64,000 nt of DNA, taken from the NCBI RefSeq assembly GCF_964194025.1, contig NC_134479.1, positions 34,596,001 to 34,660,000 on the forward strand, given 5' to 3'. This document shows, piece by piece, positions 38,001 to 50,000 of the stretch. Made by a program: the position numbers and the translations under genes. The number at the start of each line of letters is the position of its first letter. The stretch's first letter is position 1. The stretch is from Convolutriloba macropyga (Eukaryota). The notes below the pieces were generated by a model that saw nothing but the letters and a program-made list of their open reading frames with translations, did not search any database and was not told the origin of the DNA.

Positions 38001-41000
38001 AAACCAAATATATCGACAGCTAAATATCATTTTGTTCATCAATTTGTTTGTTTAAGATATATCACTCAACTCCCCTCCCTGGGGCCTTCGAAACAATGAC
38101 ACTTTAAGAGAGAACGCTTGTTTCATACATCTAATTAACTTGTCTAAGTTGACCTAAATTATCTAATTTACTCGCTGTTTCTACATATGAAAATTTCTTA
38201 AATTTCTTAAAAGTCCTACACTCCTCCCTCCTAGATTATTTTTCTCCCGAATAATTGCAAGACGTTATGCTGTGACCCGATTAACTTACTCCTACGCACT
38301 TTAATAAATGTTGACCTACGGAAGTGAACCATTTATGTTTAGCTCCGGGTTAATATGAACTGACTGCACCAAAATTTCAATAGCGGTTGATTAAATCAGA
38401 TTCGAAAACACTTTCGCATTTTCAAATTTTAACATTTTCTACCTAACTCATCAACATTGATTTTTGATCAAACACTGTTGCCTCTGACAAACATTGTCCC
38501 CGGGAACCCCAAAATCACTAAAGTAAAAAAAATGCTAAAAATAGATTTACTAAATTTACACATTTCCCTATATCAACATTTTTGAAAAAAAAAATTCCTA
38601 AGGCTATAGTGCTTGATCAAATTGTCTCGATAAAATAGATTAATACAATGTTGGCAAAAACTGGGTAAAAAAGGCTTGAATAATTTAGCTGTCAACGTCC
38701 CTCTCATCATACACCCGTGCACCTGTACACGAAGACCTTCTTCCTCTGATGCTTGAATGGATGTCCACCTCTTCTTCCACTGTACCTGCCATTTCTCCTG
38801 TAATCCTGCCATGACTACTGTCTTGATGCTTCCAAACGGCTCCACCTCTCTTTCCGGCTCAATGCTCGGTTTTCCAGCAACAGCTTTGCAATCTCTGGAA
38901 ATCGTGATGCGAACCGTCTCTCCACTTTCTGCTCAACTTCCATCGAAAACCCGCTGGAGTCCTCCCTCCTAGGCTTTTGATAGCATGAACCCAACTGTGC
39001 AACACTGTAGCCATTGGCTTCTGATCGGATTTCCCTGTTCTGTAAATTCCAGCACTTTCCACTTGATGCTCGTCCGTTGGTTCGACGGAAACACTGTCAT
39101 TAAGCTCACTTTCATTCTATTGCGATTGCACCCATTCCTCCAGCTCTTTTCCCAAATGTGCAAAATTACTTCGATCACCTGCTGCCTGCTGCCTTATCGT
39201 TTTGACCCTTCTGTGTTTCAGATACCAACTGCCAATCAATTCCTCCTGAACTTGTCCAATTCTCCAAAGTGTCCGCAGTGCACTCAGTTGTACACATCTG
39301 TGTCTCATCAGCCACGTGTGTTGCATTGCTGAACTTCTGATCCAAACCTCCTGTCTTCAACTCCATCAAGGCCCAGGCTCCCAACATATCGTTTCTGCTA
39401 GTTTTGGCACCACCGTCAAAGTTGCTTGCAATTGTAGTTACATTGTTGCATGCTATTGAGTTCAAACTCGCACCAAAACTTTTCCGAAATATCTTCAAAC
39501 AAATAGTCACCATCCGACTGTTCGTCGCTTAGCTGAGACTCTAGTGACTGTACATAATCCTTTTCCATAGCATGATGCTCATCTGGTCCACAAGACTCAA
39601 CACTCCGCTCAATGATTTCTTCCTCTGTCGGAAACTTTCCGAAGCCACTGTTTTCATATTTGCTTAACGCTGCACTATAAATTTTCTGGTTTATTTCACC
39701 ACAAATTTACTCCGTAAACTCGACCTCAGTTCCAGTTTGCACTTCATCGCCGTAACCTGGAATTCTTATTCTACTACCGCTCTCAACAATTCTCCCGTAT
39801 CTTCCAGTTCTCCAAACAGATCTTTACTGAAAGCTCCTTTTCTTGACACACCACAGCGGGACTCAATGCCAAACTTTTCAGAATTTTTACCGGGTTGCCG
39901 AAATTTATCCGTTAAAGAAGTGTCAACGCTTCTGTTTGTACCAATCACCTGCCTCTGAGAACACTGCTGTCGGGTTCTCTGATCCACAGTATCACTCGTT
40001 TCAATGAACGCCGCCCTACTTCTCGCTTTCATTCCAACAAACAAATTGTAGTTTCGCTCATAAAAAGTGGGTTGTCAGACAATCGTATGTCAAACTGATA
40101 CAGCGTCTCTGTCAGTGTCCATGCTTGTTTCCCTGGAGTCGACCGCCAATAACATCTTGGTAAATCACTTACTGCATTCAACGCCCACCCACACAATTTT
40201 TGTAAGGTAACCACTTCATCATCTCTTCTTCCGTCCATCCCAGCTTCATGCCAGTGCTCAAATAATGTTCACGCCAAACTTCCCAAACTTCGTAGCCTAG
40301 TGAAGGAAAACGCTTCATCAATTGATAACCAAACATAATCAAACTGTTGGTAACCCAAATATAAGTAAACTTTCGGTGTGCTCTCGGCAATTGTCTCCGA
40401 CAGAAAAAATTGCACGCTCTCAAAATAATCAGGAAATTATCCACAGCAAAAAGTAACAAAGAAATGATGCCCATCCAGGAGCGCCACAGTTGGGGGACTC
40501 TGTCGCCCAGAAGATCGATCAAATAAAATAAACCAAAGCTTTTGAATGGGCGAAGCAAGTGTTACTTTGTTACTCTGCGAGTTCGCCTCTTCCACTCTAG
40601 TATGCTGTCGCAAATTAGATTGCCTTGAAATAAGTTAATTCACAATGGGGCTCGTAATATTAATTCTAGTTATATGGATAACGAATGTAAAAAAATTACT
40701 TAAACATCAATGGAAAGGACAAACTCAAAGACAATTTATAATAGTAATTAAAATAGTAATAACAATATCCGCGGATCACTTCCCAAATGAACTAAATCAA
40801 AAACACTCACAGTATCCCAACTGGTCTTGCAATTACAACTGGTCTTGCAAATTCCAGAGTTCACTCAATCTCTTTTAAAGTTTAGTCTCACTAAATCAAC
40901 TACTTTCTGTCGCTTGTGCAAAATTCTCTCCTGTGTTGACACTTCTGAATTCTCCCAGAGTTCTCTTACGTCTCTCTGAATTTCTCTGTGTTACTTCAAT

Positions 41001-44000
41001 TTACACTCGACCAATACGCTCTTATCTTAAGCAAACAAACCTTAATCTCTTAAGTAAACATTGCAACTTACACTTGAAATTGTCTTATTCTGTAGGAGGG
41101 CTTTGTTTGATATGCAAACAAACCGATATAAATTTATGCTCTGTCATTCAGCTGCTACTAACCATTGTTCAGCATTCTCCTTATCTTAAGTACACAACCT
41201 CTGGACACTTATGTAAACAAACCCACTCCACTTTATCTCATAATTGTGCTTGACATGTCAATCAGTGTTTGCTTAGTAATCAAGGAACGTGGCCCTGAAA
41301 AGTTTTTAATCTTGTATTTCCGCTATCAAATTAACTAGCTGCAATCAATCCCTGTGAAACATCATGTGTTGAATAAATAACTAAACTCAACCTCAAAATT
41401 AAGAGCAATTTATATTCTGAGTTGTATCAACACTTCATGCAATTCCCCAGTTAAAAACTGCCAAAAAGTCTAACATTGCTAAAAGCCCACAATTTGAGCC
41501 CTAGCGGTCATCCAAATGTCACCCCTCAAAAATGAGGGGTCAAGTTCATAAAACTAACTATTGTCACGGAAACTTCTCAAATTCCAGCACTTTCCACTTG
41601 ATGCTCATCCGTTGGTTCGACGGATACACTGTCATTAAGCTCACTTTCATTCAATTGCGATTGCACCCATTCCTCCAGCTCTTTTCCCAAATGTGCAAAA
41701 TTACTTCGATCACCTGCTGCCTTATCGTTTTGACCCTTCTGTGTTTCAGATACCAACTGCCAATCAATTCCTCCTGAAATTGTCCAATTCTCCAAAGTGT
41801 CCGCAGTGCACTCAGTTGTACACATCTGTGTCTCATCAGCCACGTGTGTTGCATTGCAGAACTTCTGATCCATACCTCCTGTCTTCAACTCCATCAAGGC
41901 CCAGGCTCCCAACATATCGTTTCTGCTAGTTTTGGCACCACCGTCAAAGTTGCTTGCTATTGTAGTTACATTGTTGCATGCTATTGAGTTCAAACTCGCA
42001 CCAAAACTTTTCTCGCTTCTCGCATCGTTGAAATCAAGTTCCTCTATATCCGAAAAACCTTTATCCGAAATATCTTCAAACAAATAGTAACCATCCGACT
42101 GTTCGTCGCTTAGCTGAGACTCTGGTGACTGTACATAATCCTTTTCCATAGCATGATGCTCATCTGGTCCACAAGACTCAACACTCCGCTCAATGATTTC
42201 TTCCTCTGTCGGAAACTTTCCGAAGCCACTGTTTTCATATTTGCTTAACGCTGCACTATAAATTTTCTGGTTTATTTGACCACAAATTTCCTCCGTAAAC
42301 TCGACCTCAGTTCCAGTTTGCACTTCATCGCCCTAACCTGGAATTCTTATTCTACTACCGCTCTCAACAATTCTCCCGTATCTTCCAGTTCTCCAAACAG
42401 ATCTTTACTGAAAGCTCCTTTTCTTGACACACCACAGCGGGACCCAATGCCAAACTTTTCAGAATTTTTGCCGGGTTGCCGAAATTTATACGTTAAAGAA
42501 GTGTCAACGCTTCTGTTTGTACCAATCACCTGCCTCTGAGAACACTGCTGTCGGGTTCTCTGATCCACAGTATCACTCGTTTCAATGAACTCCGCCCTAC
42601 TTCTCGCTTTCATTCCAACAAACAAATTGTAGCTTCGCTCATAAAAAGTGGGTTGTCAGACAATCGTATATCAAACTGATACAGCGTCTCTGTCAGTGTC
42701 CATGCTTGTTTCCCTGGAGTCGACCGCCAATAACATCTTGGTAAATCACTTACTGCATTCAACGCCCATCCACACAATTTTTGTATGGTAACCACTTCAT
42801 CATCTCTTCTTCCGTCCTTCCCAGCTTCATGCCAGTGCTCAAATAATGTTCACGCCAAACTTCGTTGCCTAGTGAAGGAAAACCCTTCACCAATTGATAA
42901 CCAAACATAATCAAACTGTTGGTTACCCAAATATAAGTAAACTTTCGGTGTGCTCTCGGCAATTGTCTCCGACAGAAAAAATCGCACGCTCTCAAAATAA
43001 TCAGGAAATTATCCACAGCACAAAGTAACAAAGAAGTGATGCCCATCCAGGAGCGCCACAGTGAGGGGACTCTGTCGCCCAGAAGATCGATCAAATAAAA
43101 TAAACCAAAGCTTTTGAATGGGCGGAGCAAGCGTTACTTTGTTACTCTGCGAGTTCGCCTCTTCCACTCTAGTAAGCTGTCGCACATTAGATTGCCTTGA
43201 AATAAGTTAATTCACAATGGGGCTCGTAATATTAATTCTAGTTATATGGATAACGAATGTAAAAAAATTACTTAAACATCAATGGAAAGGACAAACTCAA
43301 AGACAATTTTTAATAGTAATTAAAATAGTAATAACAGTATCCGCGGATCACTTCCCAAATGAACTAAATCAAAAACACTCACAGTATCCCAACTGGTCTT
43401 GCAATAACAACTGGTCTTGCAAATTCCAGAGTTCACTCTCAATCTCTTTTAAAGTTTAGTCCCACTAAATCAACTACTTTCTGTCGCTTGTGCAAAATTC
43501 TCTCCTGTGTTGACACTTCTGAATTCTCCCAGAGTTCTCTTACGTCTCTCTGAATTTCTCTGTGTTACTTCAATTTACACTCGACCAATACGCTCTTATC
43601 TTAAGCAAACAAACCTTAATCTCTTAAGTAAAGATTGCAACTTACACTTGAAATTGTCTTATTCTGTAGGAGGGCTTTGTTTGATATGCAAACAAACCGA
43701 TATCAATTTATGCTCTGTCATTCAGCTGCTACTAACCATTGTTCAGCATTCTCCTTATCTTAAGTACACAACCTTTGGACACTTATGTAAACAAACCCAC
43801 TCCACTTTATCTCATATTTGTGCTTGACCTGTCAATCAGTGTTTGCTTAGTAATCAAGGAACGTGGCCCTGAAAAGTTTTTAATCTTGTATTTCCGCTAT
43901 CAAATTAACTAGCTGCAATCAATCCCTGTGAAACATCATGTGTTGAATAAATAACTAAACTCAACCTCAAAATTAAGAGCAATTTATATTCTCAGTTGTA

Positions 44001-47000
44001 TCAACACTTCATGCAATTCCCCAGTTAAAAACTGCCAAAAAGGCTAACATTGCTAAAAGCCCACAATTTGAGCCCTAGCGGTCATCCAAATGTCACCCCT
44101 CAAAAATGAGGGGTCAAGTTCATAAAACTAACTATTGTCACGGAAACTTCTCTCATGAATGCAACTACCTACAAAATTTTATGACCTAACTCCCCCTAGA
44201 AAACGAGCAATGAACGCGCACACTTTTCAATGACCTCCTGGATGACTCCAAAGTTCCTAACCTAATAGCTCGCAAAGTAGTGGTAAAGACGTGTTCGGGT
44301 AAAAGTTCTTAGTAAATATAGGGTGCCACCAACCTGCCTGCCAATCTTCTTGACCAACGGATTAGCCGTTGCGAGTCGTTTGTAATTTGAATATTTTTAA
44401 TGAGTCGTGTCGACAAAAACCCGAAAAATCCGAGTTCGTTAAAATTGACCGGGGTGGGTATTTTTGGTCGCTAACTGCCTCAGGTTATTATATTTTTACA
44501 ATTTCAAAGTCATTAGGCCGTTCAAAAAAGCCAATTTCCGGTGTTCGCCACTCGGTTTATCCCGAAGCACTGATTTCCCGTCGCACCCGGAATTTAAAAA
44601 TAGCACCAATAAAAAGCCTTTGAAAAGCTACACTAACCCTCAAAAAATCATAAGGCTGCTACCAATACTCAACGAGCAATTCAAAATTTACTTCTCGCAG
44701 CACCGGCGTGCACTAGTCCCGTGCAAGTTAGTGGGGGTCTAATCTGACCTCAAAATCGAATTCCTTGTACCCAAATTAGTCTATCCCCCAATTTTCAGGT
44801 CAATCTGACTTCAACTTTTTGAGAAATGGCTATTTCCGTTTCAATGTTAACTATTTTTAGTGAAAACCGCTTAGTCTTATTTCAAAACGCTAATTAATTT
44901 CTCTCACAACTTCCTAAGCCCTTCCCATGATCATCTGATACTTTACTCTAGACTTAATACCCATTGCAACCCTTAACTAGCCTTATATCATACTCAAACA
45001 CTCATTTTTCCGTTGAAAATATCGAAAACCTTCAAATCACACCACTTCCGGTGTTAATAGCTCGGGGTTGGATGGTCGGATTGGCCCAAAAAGTATACCA
45101 GCTTGAAAGGACCATTGGTTGTACCTGAGATTAAGTTTTAGCCCTCCATTGGGGGTGCGGTTTAACTCTGCTAGGTGGTATTTTCAAAAACTGATAAACT
45201 GCATTTTTATTTACTCTAATTCATCAAAATTTTACTTAACTAACTCAGATCGAAAAGTTGCAACCGGCCGCGTATCCCTATAATATATGGAGAATCTTCA
45301 TGGGAACATCTCCACAAATTTCCAGAGTCCAATGATGAAAATAACTTAAAGAGTTGAGGTGTACCAGGTTCGCGGGTGCCAATAATTTTGCAGTTTCGAA
45401 ATCGCACTTTTATCTACTTCAAATTGAAATTTCAATTTTGATCAAAGTATCTAGTTCACTTCAAATGTTTGCTCTCCAGTTTAGTTCTAAATTTAAATCA
45501 CTGATTTCGACTTTGGCCTGATGCACAAATACAACTTTGTTTATTAAACCAAATATATCGACAGCTCAATATCATTTTGTTCATCAATTTGTTTGTTTAA
45601 GATATATCACTCAACTCCCCTCCCTGGCGCCTTCGAAACAATAACCTTTTAAGAGAGAACGCTTATTTCATACACCTAATTAACTTGTCTAAGTTGACCT
45701 AAATTATCTAATTTACTCGCAGTTTCTACATATGAAGATTTCTTAAGTTCTACATCTGCAAATTATGTTGTACATTAGGTTTGTTTGGTGGATCACAAAG
45801 TGATGCCGGGAAATCACATAGTTGATGCCTTATCGAATAAAATGTGATAAAAAGCATGAAATGAAAAAGATTTATGAAAAATATATGTATGATTCTTGGT
45901 AATCATATATGATTTCCTAGTAGTCATACAAGGATCGTACTAGGAAATACGTTATGATTTGTATGACATCATGTATGATCCTTGTATGACTACTAGGAAG
46001 CGGCGACCCGGGTGCTCATGTCTGTCTTAACTTGCTCTTGCTTAATCTGTATTATGTGCCTAACTGCAGGGTGACAAATGTATTCTATGCTAACTTGCGG
46101 AGTGTTCAAATGTATTCGGTGCTTACTTGCAGGGCGTCAAAGTTATTCTATACTTACCTTTCGGGTGCCAAAGTATATTCTATGCTTACATGCAAAGTGT
46201 CAAAAGTATTCAACGCGTACTTTCCGGGTGCCAAAGTGTATTCTATGCATACCTTCCGGATGCCAAAATGTCTTATATGCTTGAATGGGTAGATTTCTTT
46301 CCAATACCTGATTGTTAGCAATTTTTAATTTGAAGAATTTAATTGATGGTGTTTTACAATTCAATGACGTAATTCTGTAAAACCTATTTTGCACAGCGTA
46401 TTTAGTGATGGATTTCTACTGAAATGGAAAAGAGAACATTGGAAAAAGGACTGAACCAACTAGTGTCTAAAGTTGTTCTTGTGTTTCCAAGATTCCGTAA
46501 TAAAAAGGAGGGTTACGATGGAAAGTTTCTCTTTCAGTTAATACGTTTCATGACACCGGGTTTATACCCTTCCATTAGCAAGAGCATATTTGTCCACAAC
46601 TTCACTGTATGCTGGAGCGTTGTCTGTCGATAATCATTAGTTAGATGTTTTTAAATTAAAATTGTTGGATATTAGCATTGGCATTAATAATTCGCTTCTA
46701 GAGCCAAATTAAAAATAATGAGTTGTAGCTAAGAAAGCTTGAAAAGATTGAGCAGTATTGGGCTTTTTTTTACGGAATTTTAATAGCTCTCAAGCAAAAT
46801 TTAATTGTTTGATAGAAGTTATTTTAGTCATTTTAGTCGGTTTTATGCAGTTTTCTGTACTACCAATCTTCCATCTGATACTTTTTATCTTGAGAAGCAG
46901 AACAAACTGATGAAGCACTAGGGTGTTAAGCTACTAACCCGTTCTTTAAGAGCCTTAATAGTATTTAAGTATGCGACATCTCACATTCTTGTTTAATCTC

Positions 47001-50000
47001 ATTCAGTTAATATAGGCTCTTCAAATATAAGCTGTAAACTACCAAAGCCTACCCATCGCCAGTCGTTTGAGAGAAATTTGACCGACGTTTATATAGTTTG
47101 CTTTTCGTTGTTGCCCAGACGCCTCAATTTTTTTTGACAGAATTTTCATTTTCTTTATACATTTATTTCTTTCGAAAACGATTGGTCGGGCTGTGCTATG
47201 CAACCAATCACATGACGTAAATAAAGATTTCGGCGCGGTTGCTTTTGGTTCAAATATAATACACTTTTTTGAAGAAAAGAGAAAGCGAGGCCCCTTAAAA
47301 TAATTTTAAGGCAAAAGATTTGTGTAAAGGTTTGAAACTTTTTCTTGATTAATACATTGTGAACAGCTACAATTAATGCTGTGTATAATAATTGCAATTT
47401 ACATTATGTTACAACGCATCAGATAAAAAGTGTGCCGTTTTTCTGGACATTGAGTGAGTGAGGTTGACCGGGCCTTTTATGCACTGTGGGAATCAAACAG
47501 GAAATTGTGGCCGGTTATCATGGCGACGAGTATTAATATTCCGCCATGGACTATTCACAAAAACTTTTATTTGGATTTTTCGGCTTATTTGAGCTCCTTT
47601 GGTCTGTTTTGTTTTCAGTGGTCAAAGAACAACATTAGTACCTTCCCTTTAAGCTTTGCGTAAGCCTTCCATGCGTAGCTGATATATAATGCTCGTCATT
47701 AAAGCGATTGTATTCAAAAGATGCGCACTCGTTGTTCGAGAGGAATTCGTCTGATATCTTTTTCAACAAATTGTTCATTACGTCGAATATGCTTAAGTTT
47801 ATACTAATGAAGCACTTCAATCCTGAAATACTTGCGTACAAATCTCAGGTCTGTCCAGTGGAAACAAATTCTTTAGTTTATTGTCCTAAAACGATCTTTA
47901 ATTCTTAGAATATTCTGGATCCTAAAACGCTCTATAATTCTTAGAAACGGAACCCTGGATGCATACTTTGACGATGCTCCAATAGTTTACTGGGAAGTGG
48001 CCACAGATCCAGACTGTAAGCTGGTGGCTGTTGGGAATACTTTTGGAGATGACTACTATGGCATTGTGGTGTCCAATGACATCAGCTGGGATCCATTCTA
48101 CATGACTCTGAACGAATACATCAACCGATACAGGGACAACTTATACCTCGGTTTGTTCCCTTTTAAAAAAGATTTAAAAAGCGTTGTTAATTTCCTGTAA
48201 TATACATAAGCATGAAATTCAAATGGTTAAGAGGTAGTGAACAGCTAAGTACATCGATATGTAATTTTTTTATAATGAAAAAACATAAAGAACATTAAAT
48301 TGATTATTTAAAGAACGTAACCTTACATTAGTAAAAGCGAGTTTAAAATTTGGTGCTCAATTTTCTATGTACAGCGTCAAGATTTACAATTTAATGAAAA
48401 TTTAAAATCCAACGCTTTCATTGACATCTTGTGCCTATCATTTTTTTAGTCCTTCAGAAAATCTTTCCAAAAATGTTCTTTCAACTCTTTTTCAAGGAAG
48501 CTCTCGATGTTGTTTAAAGTCTGAGATTATAAGGCAGACTATTATCTGGTAGCCAAACTGCCTTTTCAATTGTTCCTTCCTTGTGACTCCCCCCCCCCCT
48601 CCCCTCCCCGCGCCAAAACCTTCCTAGAACTGCTACTGATCGTCTCTTGACTAGGACCTCTGGGACCTAATAATGACATGTCAAGTTGGTTGTTTTTTCC
48701 TGAGTGGCATAGTTTGTTAAAAATACGAATAACCAACTTGCTAACAATTCATTATTACCCCTATCTTGCACAATGCCCATAACCGGTGCTTAACTAACCA
48801 TAATGGTAAACATTGTGTTAGAGTTCAGGAAGTCCAATTTATCCCCTATCATCTTATATGGCAAACTTAGTAGTATACTTTAATGGTACGTAGTTTTTTA
48901 TGTCCCTGTTATTTCAATTAATTCAACGTTTCAAAAAACACTCGGTCTAGTTCAAAGGTCCGAGTTGAAATCTAAAACCAGGTCGATGAATACGTACAAA
49001 ACGAAATGGACTTCAAAAGGAAAAGGCGTTAGCATTCAATTGAACACATTGATGCCCAGTTGCATGTTCTGGCGCGTTTATTGAACGCTCGCCGATTTCA
49101 ACTTTATGAGACAGACTATATAGTTAGCCCCATAAAGTTGCAACACAAGCGGACGTTCGAAAAACTCCCACCATACAAATGAAAAACGAAATGCTGATTT
49201 CTGCATGTTTTAAAAACGGTATTTGACCTTAGAAACGTTCAATAGCGTTGTAATTTTATGCGACTAACTATAGTCTGTCCCATAAGGTTGAAATTATCGA
49301 ACGTTCGATTTGAGCATGCAAATGAGCAATGTGGATAATGTTTTTTTGATAAGTTCGATCATTTCAACTTTTTGTAACACGCAGACTACATAAGTGTTGA
49401 ATTAACAAATGCACAGACAAATTATACCTCTAATATTTCTAAGTTTTGCAGCTACAAAAAACAAAAAGTACGAAAAAATATTTTTGGAATTTTAAGGTTG
49501 AATTACTGAAATTCAAGTCTTAAAATACCGGATCTTCACAATGCTGAATTCTAGAGTGCGAGCTTTTCCCATATATGGTGCCAGATCATAATAAATGCAA
49601 CTGCAATGGTTATATTTTCCAAGCAAGTTTCGTGATTCTGTAAAACTCTCTTCGGAGTCGAACCACTGCACGGTTCTCGATGAATGACAAATGCCAGATT
49701 TTCAGTGATTTCATCAAACTTGTTGTATGATGAAATGACACATTGACACATGCCTCCGGATGTGTCAATGTAAATAGAAATTTGCGTATTTTAGACAAAC
49801 TGCGCGAGAAATGGCTTGAGGACTATCGATCTTGCCCTTCGAGAGATGAAATTCAAAACTCTCTCGGTCTCTCACACATTGGAGGACTTTTCTACGCCTT
49901 AATTGCCGCTTGTGTGGTTTCTTTCGTCATCCTAATTGTGGAAATATTGGTCGAAAAGGGTTTGGACAAGTTTGCAGTGCAGCATCAACCGCCCAAGTTT

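Larger units (their letters stand above)
35321..46012. mobile_element. CCC-ended non-autonomous DNA transposon (EnSpm/CMC-like), 2-bp TSD TG, split by an LTR insertion
   Basis: cccggg termini, subterminal tcatacaaggtcatatatga repeats; the two halves are colinear with the copy at 55847-57052. Confidence 0.8.
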
